From: Candidatus Latescibacterota bacterium
GTDB lineage: Bacteria; Latescibacterota; UBA2968; UBA8231
Direction: 5' to 3'
DNA: 64,000 nt
Assembly (NCBI GenBank): GCA_965221775.1
Contig: CBDCSU010000004.1
Coordinates: forward strand, 480,001 to 544,000
Of the stretch, positions 35,333 through 44,668 are shown piece after piece. The notes beneath the pieces were generated by a model. That model had not been told where the DNA came from. It searched no databases and worked only from the letters and a program-made list of their open reading frames with translations. The stretch's first letter is position 1; every line of letters begins with the position of its first letter. A program made the translations under genes and the position numbers.

Positions 35333-37461
35333 GACGACTCCCCTCCTGCCTCGCTCTCCTCGTCGATGGCGATCCGGGCCTCGGCGCGCGCCGGCTCGAG
35401 GAGATCCTCGTCGCGCAGCAGATGGGCCACCCGAAGCTCCGGCATCCCCGCCTGCCTCGTGCCCATCACCTCCCCTGGCCCACGTAGTTCCAAGTCCTTT
35501 CGTGCCAGTTCGAAACCATCCATGGTCTCACATAGAGAATCAAGTCTGGCCCGGGCGCCCGCGTCGTCCTCGCCGGAAGCGTGGTCGACCAGGATGCAAT
35601 ACGACGCCGACGCCCCCCGGCCGACGCGCCCGCGCAACTGGTGCAGCTGCGCGAGGCCGAAGCGCTCGGCGTGCTCCACCACCATCACCGTGGCGTTCGG
35701 GACGTCGACCCCGACCTCGATGACGGTGGTCGCCACCAGGACGTCGATCTCCCCTTCGGCGAACCGGCTCATGATGCCGGTCTTGTCGTCGGCCGGCAGC
35801 CGGCCGTGCAGGAGTTCCACCCGCAGCTCCTTCAACGGCCCCCGGGCCAGCTCCTCGAAGCCGGCCCGGGCCGAGTTCAGGTCGGAGCGCTCCGACTCCT
35901 CGATGACCGGGTAGACCACGTAGGCCTGGCGCCCCTCCGCTGCCTGGTCGACGAGGAAGGCGTGGATCCGTTCCCGGTGCGAGGGGTCCCGCCGGACGGT
36001 GCGCACCGCCCGGCGCCCCGGCGGCATCTCGTCGATGACCGAGACCGCCAGATCGCCGTAGAGGGTCATGGCGAGGGAGCGGGGAATCGGCGTGGCGGTC
36101 ATGATCAGCAGGTCGATCCCCTCGCCCTTGGCCGACAGACGGGTGCGCTGGGCGACGCCGAAGCGATGCTGCTCGTCGACCACGGCCAGCCCCAGCCGGG
36201 CGAAGGAGACCCCTTCCTCGATCAGGGCGTGGGTGCCGACGGCGATGCGCACGGAGCCGCTGGCGATCCCCGTCAGGAGCTCGCGGCGCACCACCGCCCG
36301 CTGGCCGCCCTTCAGGAGGACGATCGCCTCGACGCCGGCCGGCGAGGCGAGGCGGCGCAGGGTGTGGAAGTGCTGCTCGGCGAGGATCTCGGTGGGAGCC
36401 ATGAGGGCGGTCTGGCAGCCGCTCTCCACGGCGGCCAGGGCGGCGCACAAGGCGACCAGGGTCTTGCCCGAACCCACGTCGCCGTGCAGCAGCCGGCGCA
36501 TGGGGCGGGGCCGCGCCATGTCGGCGCCGATCTCGCCGATCACCCGCAGTTGCGCAGCCGTCGGCTCGAAGGGGATGGAGGCGAGGAGCCGGGGGACCAG
36601 CTCCCGGCTGGGGGGGATGGCACGGCCCGGGCGTCCGGCCAGCTGCCGGCGCCGGCGCTCGAGCTCGCGCTGGAGCAGGAACAGCTCCTCGAAGGCGAGG
36701 CGGCGGCGGGCCCGCTCCGCCGCCCCGAGGTCGGCGGGGAAGTGGGCGTCCCGCAGGGCCTGCCCGAGGCCGATCAGTCCCTGCCGCGCCTCCCCACCCA
36801 CGGGCAGCTGCGTGCCCACGGAGGGCAGCGAGCGCGTCAGGGCATCGCGCATGAGACGCCGGAAACCGCGGCTGCCCAGGCCGCGCTCCTTCATCTCCGC
36901 GCTGGAGCCGTAGAGGGGGACGACGGTCCCCGTGTGCAGCCGGCCGGCCCCGACGGTCTCGGCGTCGGAGAGGTGCTCGTACTCGGGGTGGCTCACCTGG
37001 CGCCGGCCGCGGTAGATCTCGATGCGGCCGCTGAGGGCGATCACGTCCCCGGCCTCGAAGGTGTGGTACCGGGCCCCCTGGAACCACACGCACCGCAGTC
37101 TGCCGCTGCCGTCCTCGACCTCCACGGTGTGAGGGGGCGAGCGTCGGCCGCGCCGGACGGGGGGCGGCCGGGAGGCGGAGCGGACGCTGCCGACGAGGGT
37201 GACTTCCTCCCCGATGGGGGCCTCGGCGATGGCGACGATCCGGCTGCGGTCGATGAACCGCCGGGGCAGCCGGGCGAGGAGATCGGCCACCGTGGCCAGG
37301 CCCTCCTTGCGCAGGGCCCGGGCCCGCAGGCGGCCGATACCGGGCACCTCTTCGATGGCCAGCCGCGCCGGTTCGCCGTGGAGGAGCGGCAGGGCCGGGG
37401 CCGCCTCGACCGGCGCCTCCGCGGTGCCGGCCGAGGCCGGGCGCCTGTCACCGGCGGGCAT
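35329..37461 (-). CDS. recG: ATP-dependent DNA helicase RecG
   Basis: GDVGSGKT, APTEILAEQH, DEQHRFG, MTATPIPR, QLRGRVGRG, DGFELARKDLELRGPGE. Confidence 0.97.
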   Translation of the reverse strand: MPAGDRRPASAGTAEAPVEAAPALPLLHGEPARLAIEEVPGIGRLRARALRKEGLATVADLLARLPRRFIDRSRIVAIAEAPIGEEVTLVGSVRSASRPPPVRRGRRSPPHTVEVEDGSGRLRCVWFQGARYHTFEAGDVIALSGRIEIYRGRRQVSHPEYEHLSDAETVGAGRLHTGTVVPLYGSSAEMKERGLGSRGFRRLMRDALTRSLPSVGTQLPVGGEARQGLIGLGQALRDAHFPADLGAAERARRRLAFEELFLLQRELERRRRQLAGRPGRAIPPSRELVPRLLASIPFEPTAAQLRVIGEIGADMARPRPMRRLLHGDVGSGKTLVALCAALAAVESGCQTALMAPTEILAEQHFHTLRRLASPAGVEAIVLLKGGQRAVVRRELLTGIASGSVRIAVGTHALIEEGVSFARLGLAVVDEQHRFGVAQRTRLSAKGEGIDLLIMTATPIPRSLAMTLYGDLAVSVIDEMPPGRRAVRTVRRDPSHRERIHAFLVDQAAEGRQAYVVYPVIEESERSDLNSARAGFEELARGPLKELRVELLHGRLPADDKTGIMSRFAEGEIDVLVATTVIEVGVDVPNATVMVVEHAERFGLAQLHQLRGRVGRGASASYCILVDHASGEDDAGARARLDSLCETMDGFELARKDLELRGPGEVMGTRQAGMPELRVAHLLRDEDLLEPARAEARIAIDEESEAGGESS

Positions 37462-37530
37462 GGTCTCCGGGATCGTCGATCATCCGCCGCCCCTCCGAGG
37501 GCGGATTCGGGGAGCGTGGCCGGCGGCCGG

Positions 37531-37560
37531 TTGACGCCCCGCGAGCCAACCCGGTAGACT
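37531..37560 (+). promoter_or_regulatory. putative sigma70 promoter (TTGACG-N18-TAGACT)
   Basis: upstream of the CDS at 37612. Confidence 0.5.
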
Positions 37561-37611
37561 TGAGGCCCCCCTCCCCCCGGACTTCCCCACCGCCAGCGCG
37601 TTTCTGACAAG

Positions 37612-38091
37612 GTGCCCGAACGCCCGTCGTTCTCCCATTTCCTGATCGGGGCGGCCGCCCTCGAGCGACCCTCCTTCCTCTACGCCTACATCGTCACCTG
37701 GCTGCATCTGCTGGTCGGCGTGCCGATCCTCGTCTTCGGGAAGGAGGTGCCCCTCCTCGACGCCCTGCCGCCGATGGCCATCAGCTCCGTGAGCCTCGGC
37801 GTCCTCCTCTACGGCCTGGCGGCGCGCAGACACGGGCTGCTGGTCAACCTCCTGCCCTACGCCGTCGGCCTCCGCCGCGCCGTCGACCCGTCATCGCTGG
37901 ATTACGTCTTCCTCCTCGTGGCCGTCGTCATCTCCCTCGCCTCCGTCTACCTGGTGCTGTCCGACGAGTACCGGCGCTTCACCCGCGAGCAGGGCGGGGT
38001 TGAGCGCGGCCTGCCCCTAGGCGTCGCCCTCGGCGCGGGGGCCGCGATCCTGCTGCTGCTGCTCTACGGCCTCCACCTCCCGCCCCGCTGA
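37612..38091 (+). CDS. hypothetical integral membrane protein
   Basis: 4-5 hydrophobic segments, typical codon bias, upstream promoter. Confidence 0.7.
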   Translation: MPERPSFSHFLIGAAALERPSFLYAYIVTWLHLLVGVPILVFGKEVPLLDALPPMAISSVSLGVLLYGLAARRHGLLVNLLPYAVGLRRAVDPSSLDYVFLLVAVVISLASVYLVLSDEYRRFTREQGGVERGLPLGVALGAGAAILLLLLYGLHLPPR

Positions 38092-38107
38092 TCTCCCTCC
38101 CTCCCCT

Positions 38108-39214
38108 TCAGCGGATCTTCAGGGTCGCCAGCCCCACGAGGGCGAGGATTCCGGCGATGATCCAGAAGCGGATGACGATCTTGGTGTCGGCCAGCCCGCA
38201 GGCCTGGAAGTGGTGGTGCACGGGAGCGCTCCGGAAGAACCGCCGGCCCAGCCAGCGGATGCCGATCTTCTCCTGGATCACCACCGAGAGGGCCTCGCCG
38301 ACGAAGACGCCGCCGACGATGAGGAAGAGGAACTCCTGCTTCACCAGGACGACGACGGTCCCCAGGAGCCCGCCCAGGGCCATGGAGCCGGTGTCTCCCA
38401 TGATGACGTTGGCCGGGTAGGAGTTGAACCACAGGAAACCGAGACAGGCGCCGAAGACGGTGCAGCAGATAATCGTCACCTCCCCGGCTCCCGGGGTGAA
38501 GGGGAAGATGAGGAAGTCGGAGATCTCGGCGTGACTGGCCACATAGGCGAAGACCCCGTACACGGCGACGGCGAAGGCGGCGGGCACCACGGCGAGCCCG
38601 TCGATGCCGTCGGCGATGTTCACGGAGTTGGCGATGGCCACGACGGTGAAGGCGATGAAGGGGACGTAGCCGATGCCGAGATCGATGACCGGGGTCTTGA
38701 CGAAGGGCAGGTAGAGCTTGGTGGCCAGCCCCCCGGGCATCGGCGACAGAGGCTCGATGACGAAGGCCAGGCCGAAGGCCAGCCCGAAGAGGGCCTGGAG
38801 GACGAGCTTGGCCGTCTCCGAGAGCCCGCGGTCGCTGGTGCCGTGGCGGACCTTCAGATGGTCGTCGAGGTAACCCAGCGCCCCGAACCAGATCACCGCC
38901 GCCAGGGCCATGAGGACGAAGGTCTCGTGCAGGCGGCACCACAGCAGGCAGCCGCCGAGGACGGCGGCCACCAGCAGGGGACCGCCGTAGGTCTTGGTGG
39001 CGCGGGCCGTGGCCGGGGGGAAGTCGAAGCTGCGGCGCGTGTCGCGGCGGCCGCCGCGGTAGAGGGCGAGGATGACCCGGTCCCCGAAGAAGATGGTGAG
39101 CAGCAGGGCGGTGATGGCCCCGCCGATGGCGCGGAAGCTGATCGAGTCGAGGAGGCGCAGGAAGGACAGGGCCTCCACGCTCTCGTTCAGGTAGGTTCCG
39201 AGGTAGTAGAGCAC
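38108..39214 (-). CDS. mraY: phospho-N-acetylmuramoyl-pentapeptide transferase
   Basis: GYLDDHLK, NSVNIADGIDGL, FLWFNSYPA, MGDTGS, APVHHHF, IVIRFWI. Confidence 0.9.
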   Translation of the reverse strand: MLYYLGTYLNESVEALSFLRLLDSISFRAIGGAITALLLTIFFGDRVILALYRGGRRDTRRSFDFPPATARATKTYGGPLLVAAVLGGCLLWCRLHETFVLMALAAVIWFGALGYLDDHLKVRHGTSDRGLSETAKLVLQALFGLAFGLAFVIEPLSPMPGGLATKLYLPFVKTPVIDLGIGYVPFIAFTVVAIANSVNIADGIDGLAVVPAAFAVAVYGVFAYVASHAEISDFLIFPFTPGAGEVTIICCTVFGACLGFLWFNSYPANVIMGDTGSMALGGLLGTVVVLVKQEFLFLIVGGVFVGEALSVVIQEKIGIRWLGRRFFRSAPVHHHFQACGLADTKIVIRFWIIAGILALVGLATLKIR

Positions 39215-39221
39215 GGCGGAT

Positions 39222-41294
39222 TCAGGAAGCGGCGGGGTCCATGCGTTCCAGATCCCCGCTGTCGCGGTCCGGGTCTCTCTCCAGGCCTTGGCGGACCCGG
39301 CGGGACAGGGAGTCCAGGCTGTCCTTCAGGGGGAAGGCGGGCTCGAAGCTCGGTGAGGTCGAGAGGATCTGCTCCACGTCGGCGGCCACGTCCCCGGCGT
39401 GCACGACCTGCCGTTCCAGCAGACCCTCCAGGGCGTGGACCGTCTCCTGGCGGCAGTGCCAGTCGGGGTGCACGTAGAACCTGCGCAGGTCCGCCAGACG
39501 CTCGGGGCGGCAGCCGACACGCCCCAGGGCCTGCAGGGAGGCGGCGACGACGGAGCTGGCGCGGTCGTCGAGGGAACGGACGAGAGCCGCCTCCACCTCC
39601 TCGTCCCCCGGGTCCGCCTGCTGGCCGAGGACTCGGGCGGCAGCGACTCTGACCTCGAAATAGGGGTCCCGGGCGAGGGCTTCCAGGACCGCGGCCCGGC
39701 CCCGGGGTCCGGCCCTTCGCAGCCCGATCATGGCGAGGGGGAATTCGATGGCGTTGCGCCGGAGGATGCCGGGATGCCGGTAGTCGCCGCCGAGGATGCG
39801 CTGGACCCGGCTGGTGGGAGAGCGGTCCTGGATCAGGGCGAGGACCAGAGGCAGGCGCTCCTCGTAGGCCAGCAGCCCCACCAGCTTGACCCCCACGTTG
39901 CGGCGCCCGAAGGGGATCTCGTACCAGCCCTCCGAGGCCAGGTGCCGGTCCGCCTGGTAGCGCAGGTAGGCGAGCTCCATCGGGCCCAGGGCCTGCACGC
40001 CGCCCGCCTCCTCGAGGCGCCGGCGCACGTGGTGCAGGAGGCGGTTGGGGTCGGCCGGCACCCCGGGGGGCCCGGCCACGGGGGACTCCAGCTTCAGGAC
40101 CGGTGGACGCCGGTCCTGCCTCAGGCCGTCGATCTCGCCGAGGATCGCCTCCAGACTGTCCCGGCGCGGCGCCGAGGCGGCGGCGGCGGCCATCCGCCGG
40201 CGCTCCTCCGGCCGGTCCAGGAGCTCCAGGACCGCGGCGGCGAGCCGGGATCCGCCGACCCCCATCTCGACGCGCTCCTCGCGGGGGCGCCAGCTGGCCT
40301 CCTCGAAGAGGACGCGGGCGGCCCCGGCCGCCTGAAGGGCCATGGCGTTGATCGCCTGGTGGTCCTCCGCCGCCGTCGACAGCGGCAGGATCAGCGCCGG
40401 CAGGCCGCAGACGCCGACCTCGGTGAGGGTGCTCATTCCGCCCCGGCAGACCACGAGATCGGCGGCGGCGTAGGCGGTCTCGATCTCCTCGATGTAGTCG
40501 AACCGGCGGTACCAGTGTTCGTAGTCCTGGAGGCCGGTCGCTTCCAGGGCCCGCGAGGTCTCGGCCACGGGGTCGTAGCCCTCCGAGACGTGGGCCCCCG
40601 TGCCGTGGAGGACGATCAGTTCCTCCGCCCGGGAAGCCAGCAGCGGCAGGGCCTCGACGACGGCCTGGTTGATCGTCCTCGACCCCTGGGACCCTCCGAA
40701 GACGAAGACGACCATCCGGTCCCCTTCGATGTTCCAGGCCGCCCTTGCTGCCTCCCGGTCGAGGCAGGTCAGCTCGCGGCGCACCGGGAACCCGACCACG
40801 GCCACCCGCTTCGCGTCGAACCAGTGGGCCGCCTGCTCGAAGACGAGGCCGACGCGGTCGGCGATGCGGCCCACGGCCTGGTTCAGCAACCCGGGATGGG
40901 CGTTCGGCTCGTAGGCGAAGATCCGCGTTCGGCTGAGTCCGATCCTGCGCAGGAGACCGCTGGCGAACAGGATCGGGGCGCTCGCGAAGCCGCCGGTGGC
41001 GAAGACCACGTCGGGGCGGAAGCGCAGCAGGACCAGGATCCCCCCGGCGACGCCGACGGCCAGGGTCAGGCCGAACCGGAGCAGGGGCAGGAGCCGCCGG
41101 GTCCTCGGGAAGGGCCTCGACGGCAACCGCTTGAGCGGGTAGCCCCGGCCGGGCACGACGCGCTCCTCCAGCCGGCCGAGGACACCCACGTACAGGAACC
41201 CCGCCTCGGGTTGGCGTCGCCGGATCTCGTCAGCCACCGCCAGCGCCGGGTACACGTGGCCGCCGGTACCGCCGCCGGTGAACAGGTATCTCAC
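39222..41294 (-). CDS. murG: MurG-like GlcNAc transferase with long C-terminal HEAT-repeat extension
   Basis: TGGGTGGHVYPA, GGFAS, EPNAHPG, FGGSQGS, CRGG, HQAINA; then DPYFEVRVAAARVLG-type repeats; GTG start inferred. Confidence 0.85.
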   Translation of the reverse strand: MRYLFTGGGTGGHVYPALAVADEIRRRQPEAGFLYVGVLGRLEERVVPGRGYPLKRLPSRPFPRTRRLLPLLRFGLTLAVGVAGGILVLLRFRPDVVFATGGFASAPILFASGLLRRIGLSRTRIFAYEPNAHPGLLNQAVGRIADRVGLVFEQAAHWFDAKRVAVVGFPVRRELTCLDREAARAAWNIEGDRMVVFVFGGSQGSRTINQAVVEALPLLASRAEELIVLHGTGAHVSEGYDPVAETSRALEATGLQDYEHWYRRFDYIEEIETAYAAADLVVCRGGMSTLTEVGVCGLPALILPLSTAAEDHQAINAMALQAAGAARVLFEEASWRPREERVEMGVGGSRLAAAVLELLDRPEERRRMAAAAASAPRRDSLEAILGEIDGLRQDRRPPVLKLESPVAGPPGVPADPNRLLHHVRRRLEEAGGVQALGPMELAYLRYQADRHLASEGWYEIPFGRRNVGVKLVGLLAYEERLPLVLALIQDRSPTSRVQRILGGDYRHPGILRRNAIEFPLAMIGLRRAGPRGRAAVLEALARDPYFEVRVAAARVLGQQADPGDEEVEAALVRSLDDRASSVVAASLQALGRVGCRPERLADLRRFYVHPDWHCRQETVHALEGLLERQVVHAGDVAADVEQILSTSPSFEPAFPLKDSLDSLSRRVRQGLERDPDRDSGDLERMDPAAS

Positions 41295-41381
41295 GGACGG
41301 GCCGATCGCAGGGGCCGCCCGCAAGGGGTGGGCGAGCGACGATTGCTGGACGGGGAGCTGTTCGGGGAGGGATCTGTTTCC

Positions 41382-41410
41382 AGTATACGGACGGGGTCCG
41401 GGTCCGACAA
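41382..41410 (-). promoter_or_regulatory. putative sigma70 promoter (TTGTCG-N17-TATACT) for murG-mraY
   Basis: hexamers with 17-nt spacer in the batE-murG gap. Confidence 0.55.
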
Positions 41411-41422
41411 CTCCGGGAACCC

Positions 41423-42166
41423 TCAAATCACGGTCACGAGCTCACCGGGCAGCCAGCCGCCGAGACCGTTGGCCAGGCGGACCAGGACCCACTCCCCCTC
41501 GCGGCGCTCCACGGTCACCTTGGTGCCCTCGTGGACGACGAAGACGGGTGTCTGCCCCGGGTCGGGGCCGCTGCGCGCCTGACCGTCGGCGGCGGTGACC
41601 ACCGCCTCGGAGAGGGTGACCTCCTGGTAGAGGCGCGTGCCGGCGAAGGCTCCGGAGCCCAGGATTCCGCCGAGGCAGAGGCCGAGAGCCACCGCCGCCG
41701 CGGCCCGGGGGGCGCGCACGAGGCGCCAGCCGGCCACGGCGCACAGTCCGGCCAGGCTCAGGGAGAAGGCCGCGAAGAGCTCGTTCAGGGTGGGCCACTG
41801 GTAGAGCCGGTAGAGGAAGCCGCCATCCCCGTCCTCTTCGCGGTCGCGCTTGATCCGGCGCAGGAAACGCAGGTTGGCCAGCACGTCCTCGTCCCGGGGC
41901 GCCAGCCTGCGGGCGCGCTCGTACCAGACGACCGCCTCTCCCAGCCGGCCGTCCTTGAAGCAGGCGTTCCCGAGATTGTAGAACAGGCGGGCGTCGCGGA
42001 CCCCGGTCGCGGCCGCGGCCAGGTAGCGCGTCCGGGCTGCGGCGAAATCGCCCCCCCGGTAGAGATCGTTGCCCTCGGAGTACAGGCCCAGCGCGGCTGA
42101 CTGGGCCGAAGCCTGCCCCGGCGCGAGAGCCAGCCACAGCACCGCCACGAGCCGCGGCCCCCTCAT
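41423..42166 (-). CDS. batE: BatE-like TPR + SH3 protein
   Basis: FYNLGNACFK..A...YERA..LAPRDEDVLANL; VHEGTKV..W..V.L.NGLGGW. Confidence 0.85.
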   Translation of the reverse strand: MRGPRLVAVLWLALAPGQASAQSAALGLYSEGNDLYRGGDFAAARTRYLAAAATGVRDARLFYNLGNACFKDGRLGEAVVWYERARRLAPRDEDVLANLRFLRRIKRDREEDGDGGFLYRLYQWPTLNELFAAFSLSLAGLCAVAGWRLVRAPRAAAAVALGLCLGGILGSGAFAGTRLYQEVTLSEAVVTAADGQARSGPDPGQTPVFVVHEGTKVTVERREGEWVLVRLANGLGGWLPGELVTVI

Positions 42167-43941
42167 GTCAGCGCCTTGCGCAGGAGGGCGGCGACCCCTT
42201 CGGCCTCCGCCAGCAGTTCCTCCCGGGCGGCCCTGTCGCTGGCGGCGGGGGAGTAGCGGCCGAACTCGCAGCGCTCCAGCACCGCCGCCACCCGGTCGAC
42301 GAGGTCGGTCCCGAGGCCGCGGTCCTCCAGCTCGGTACGGCAGCGGTCGGGGGTCAGTCCGGGCGCCGGCAGGTCGGCCTGGTCGGCGATGAAGGCCACC
42401 ACGGCCTCCTGCAGAGCGGCGTGGAAACCGTCCCCGTCGGCGGCCCGCCGCCGCGCTTCGCGAAGGCGGCCCGACAGCGCTCCCCCGGACCGGCGCCGGC
42501 GCGCGTAGCCGGTGTCCTTCTCCAGCCTGCGGCGGTGGCGGTGCCAGGCGACGAGGGCCACGTACCCCAGGGGCAGCACGGCGTGGGCGAGCCAGTACCA
42601 GAGGCGTTGGTAGAGGGCGGGGGCGGCGCCGATGCGGTCCACGTCGGGCTTGATGTGGCGGATGTCGCTCCCGAGGCGCTCGATCTCCCGCCGCGTCAGG
42701 TCGTACCCCCCGCCGGCCTCGGCACCGGCACCGCCGCCCCGGCTGCGGATCGCGATGGGGGCGGTGGAGGTGGTGCGGTAGCGGTGGACGGCGGGATCGA
42801 AATAGGTCACCGAAAGGGCCGGGATCTCCAGGCGGCCTCCCCCTTCCGGGATGAGGATATACTCCAGGTGCCGCGCCGCCATGTACCTCCCGTCGGCCGA
42901 GCGCCCCTCCTCCACCTTCACCTTGGGCTCGTAGATCTCGAAGCCGGGAGGGTCCAGGACGGGCTCGGGTATGCTCTGCACGTTGCCCGTGCCCGTGATC
43001 GACACCCTCAGGGTGACCGGATCCCCGGCGCGCAACTCCCGGGGACTGGCCTCGGCGGAGATGTCGAACTCGCCCACGGCGCCGGCGAAGCCACGGGGCC
43101 GTCCCCGTTCCGGAAGGGGGCGCACGACTATGGAGAGGGGCTCGCTGCGGAACATCAAGGTGCGGCCACGGCCGAAGATGGGGTCTTCCAGCAGTGAGCA
43201 GGTGAGCCCGAGGGGCTCGATGACCTGATGGCCCGAAGCGGTGGGGAACAGGGCCACGTGGCGCAGGGGCGCAACCTGGAAGGGCAGGCCGTCGATCACT
43301 TCGCGATGGGGGTCGAGCCGGGAGGCGGAGTGCAGTTCCTTGACCCAGAACCCGGTGTACTCCGGCACCTCCGAGAGCCTGGGGCCGCGCAGGCGGTACC
43401 GGTAGCACAGATCGAACCGCACGTTCACCTGCTCCCCCACGTACGCGGTGTCGCGGTCGGCCTCGGCGCGCACGAAGATGTCGTCCTCCAACTCCCGCTC
43501 TCCGGCCCCCCCGCCTGCCTCCCGGGTCCGCCCCGCGGGGGCCTTGCCCCGGACGTGCACCTCCACCTGATCCGTGGTCAGGACCTCGCCCGCCGCCCGC
43601 AGCCGCGCCGGGCCGAGGACGAACCGGCCGGGGTTCCTGGCGTAGAGGGTGTATTGCAGCTCCCGGGTGTAGAGCGCCCCCTTGCGATCGTGAGACTCCA
43701 TGTTCATCACCGAGGGTCCGTGGGCGATGAACTCCCGCAGGTCGATGGTGGGCGAAGCGATGTCGCTCAGCGGGCTCACGTCGCTGATACGCAGGGTGAG
43801 CTGGATCGGCTGCGACGCGGTGACGCTGCCGCGGTCCACCTCCAGGGTGAACTCGAGCTCCGCCCGGCCGGGCCCCGCCGCCAGGAGCAGCAGGGCTGCC
43901 AGGGAGCGCCGCAGGCGGGCGGACGCGGGGTTACCAGTCAC
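42163..43941 (-). CDS. batD: BatD family protein
   Basis: AYVGEQV, FAGAVGEF, GDPVTLRVSITGTGN, YFDP, DIRHIK; start inferred. Confidence 0.85.
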   Translation of the reverse strand: MTGNPASARLRRSLAALLLLAAGPGRAELEFTLEVDRGSVTASQPIQLTLRISDVSPLSDIASPTIDLREFIAHGPSVMNMESHDRKGALYTRELQYTLYARNPGRFVLGPARLRAAGEVLTTDQVEVHVRGKAPAGRTREAGGGAGERELEDDIFVRAEADRDTAYVGEQVNVRFDLCYRYRLRGPRLSEVPEYTGFWVKELHSASRLDPHREVIDGLPFQVAPLRHVALFPTASGHQVIEPLGLTCSLLEDPIFGRGRTLMFRSEPLSIVVRPLPERGRPRGFAGAVGEFDISAEASPRELRAGDPVTLRVSITGTGNVQSIPEPVLDPPGFEIYEPKVKVEEGRSADGRYMAARHLEYILIPEGGGRLEIPALSVTYFDPAVHRYRTTSTAPIAIRSRGGGAGAEAGGGYDLTRREIERLGSDIRHIKPDVDRIGAAPALYQRLWYWLAHAVLPLGYVALVAWHRHRRRLEKDTGYARRRRSGGALSGRLREARRRAADGDGFHAALQEAVVAFIADQADLPAPGLTPDRCRTELEDRGLGTDLVDRVAAVLERCEFGRYSPAASDRAAREELLAEAEGVAALLRKALT

Positions 43942-44668
43942 GGGCCTCGTCCCGCCCGCGGGCGCGGTAGCGCCGCTCCTGGGCCTCCTCCTCGCGGTCG
44001 CGGAGGGCGTCGAGAAGGCGCTCCGCCTCCTCGCGGTCCATGCCGCTCTCCCCCTCCGGCGGCGGCGGTTCCTGGTCCTCATCCTCGGAGGGCTGCTCGT
44101 CGCGCGAGCCGGAAGCGGGCTCCGGCGGCTCATCCTCCGGCTCCTGCGAGGGGGGCTGCTGCTGGTTCTGCGGCTGCTCTTCCTCTCCTTGGGGAGGCTC
44201 CTGGTCCTGGCCTTCCTGCGGCTGCTGCGGCGGCGGCGGCGGCAGCCGCTGCAGGGCCAGCTCCAGGTTGGCCTTGGCGTCGGCGTCGCCGGGGGCCCGC
44301 TGCAGGGCCTGCTTGTAGGCCTCCACGGCGGCCGCGTAGTCCTGCAGCTGGAAGTGGGCGTTCCCCTTGTTGTAGTGGCCGAGGGCCGCCAGCGCCGGAT
44401 CGTCGGCGGCGCTCACCCTCTCGAACTCCCCGAGGGCGCCCTCGAAGTCGCCGAGCTGGAAGAGGGCGTCGCCCACGTTGAGGTGGAGCCGCGCCGACTC
44501 CGGCCGTTCCACCAGCGCCTCCTTGTAGGCCTGCAGGGCCTCCTCGTAGCGGCCCGCGTCGTAGAGGGCGCCGGCGGCCTCGTTGCGGGAGACGGCGCGG
44601 TCGCCGATGGTGCGCGCCTGCGCCCCGGTGGCCAGGAGCGGGATCACGGCCAGGACCAGGGCCCTCAC
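43931..44668 (-). CDS. batC: BatC-like TPR protein
   Basis: YNKGNAHF..YKQAL..DAKANLELA, Q/E/P-rich linker, EAERLLDAL, terminal RDW. Confidence 0.85.
   Translation of the reverse strand: MRALVLAVIPLLATGAQARTIGDRAVSRNEAAGALYDAGRYEEALQAYKEALVERPESARLHLNVGDALFQLGDFEGALGEFERVSAADDPALAALGHYNKGNAHFQLQDYAAAVEAYKQALQRAPGDADAKANLELALQRLPPPPPQQPQEGQDQEPPQGEEEQPQNQQQPPSQEPEDEPPEPASGSRDEQPSEDEDQEPPPPEGESGMDREEAERLLDALRDREEEAQERRYRARGRDEARDW

Noticed and set aside
35488-35508. TGGCACG on the minus strand in the recG patch as a sigma-54 promoter
   Set aside because: No TTGC at the required -12 spacing
29569-37461. polX, ssb and recG as a DNA-repair island
   Set aside because: Mixed orientations and unrelated intervening genes; the GATGCACAT box was not seen upstream of polX or recG
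44040-44245. Low-complexity Q/E/P repeats in batC
   Set aside because: Typical BatC linker, not a DNA repeat element
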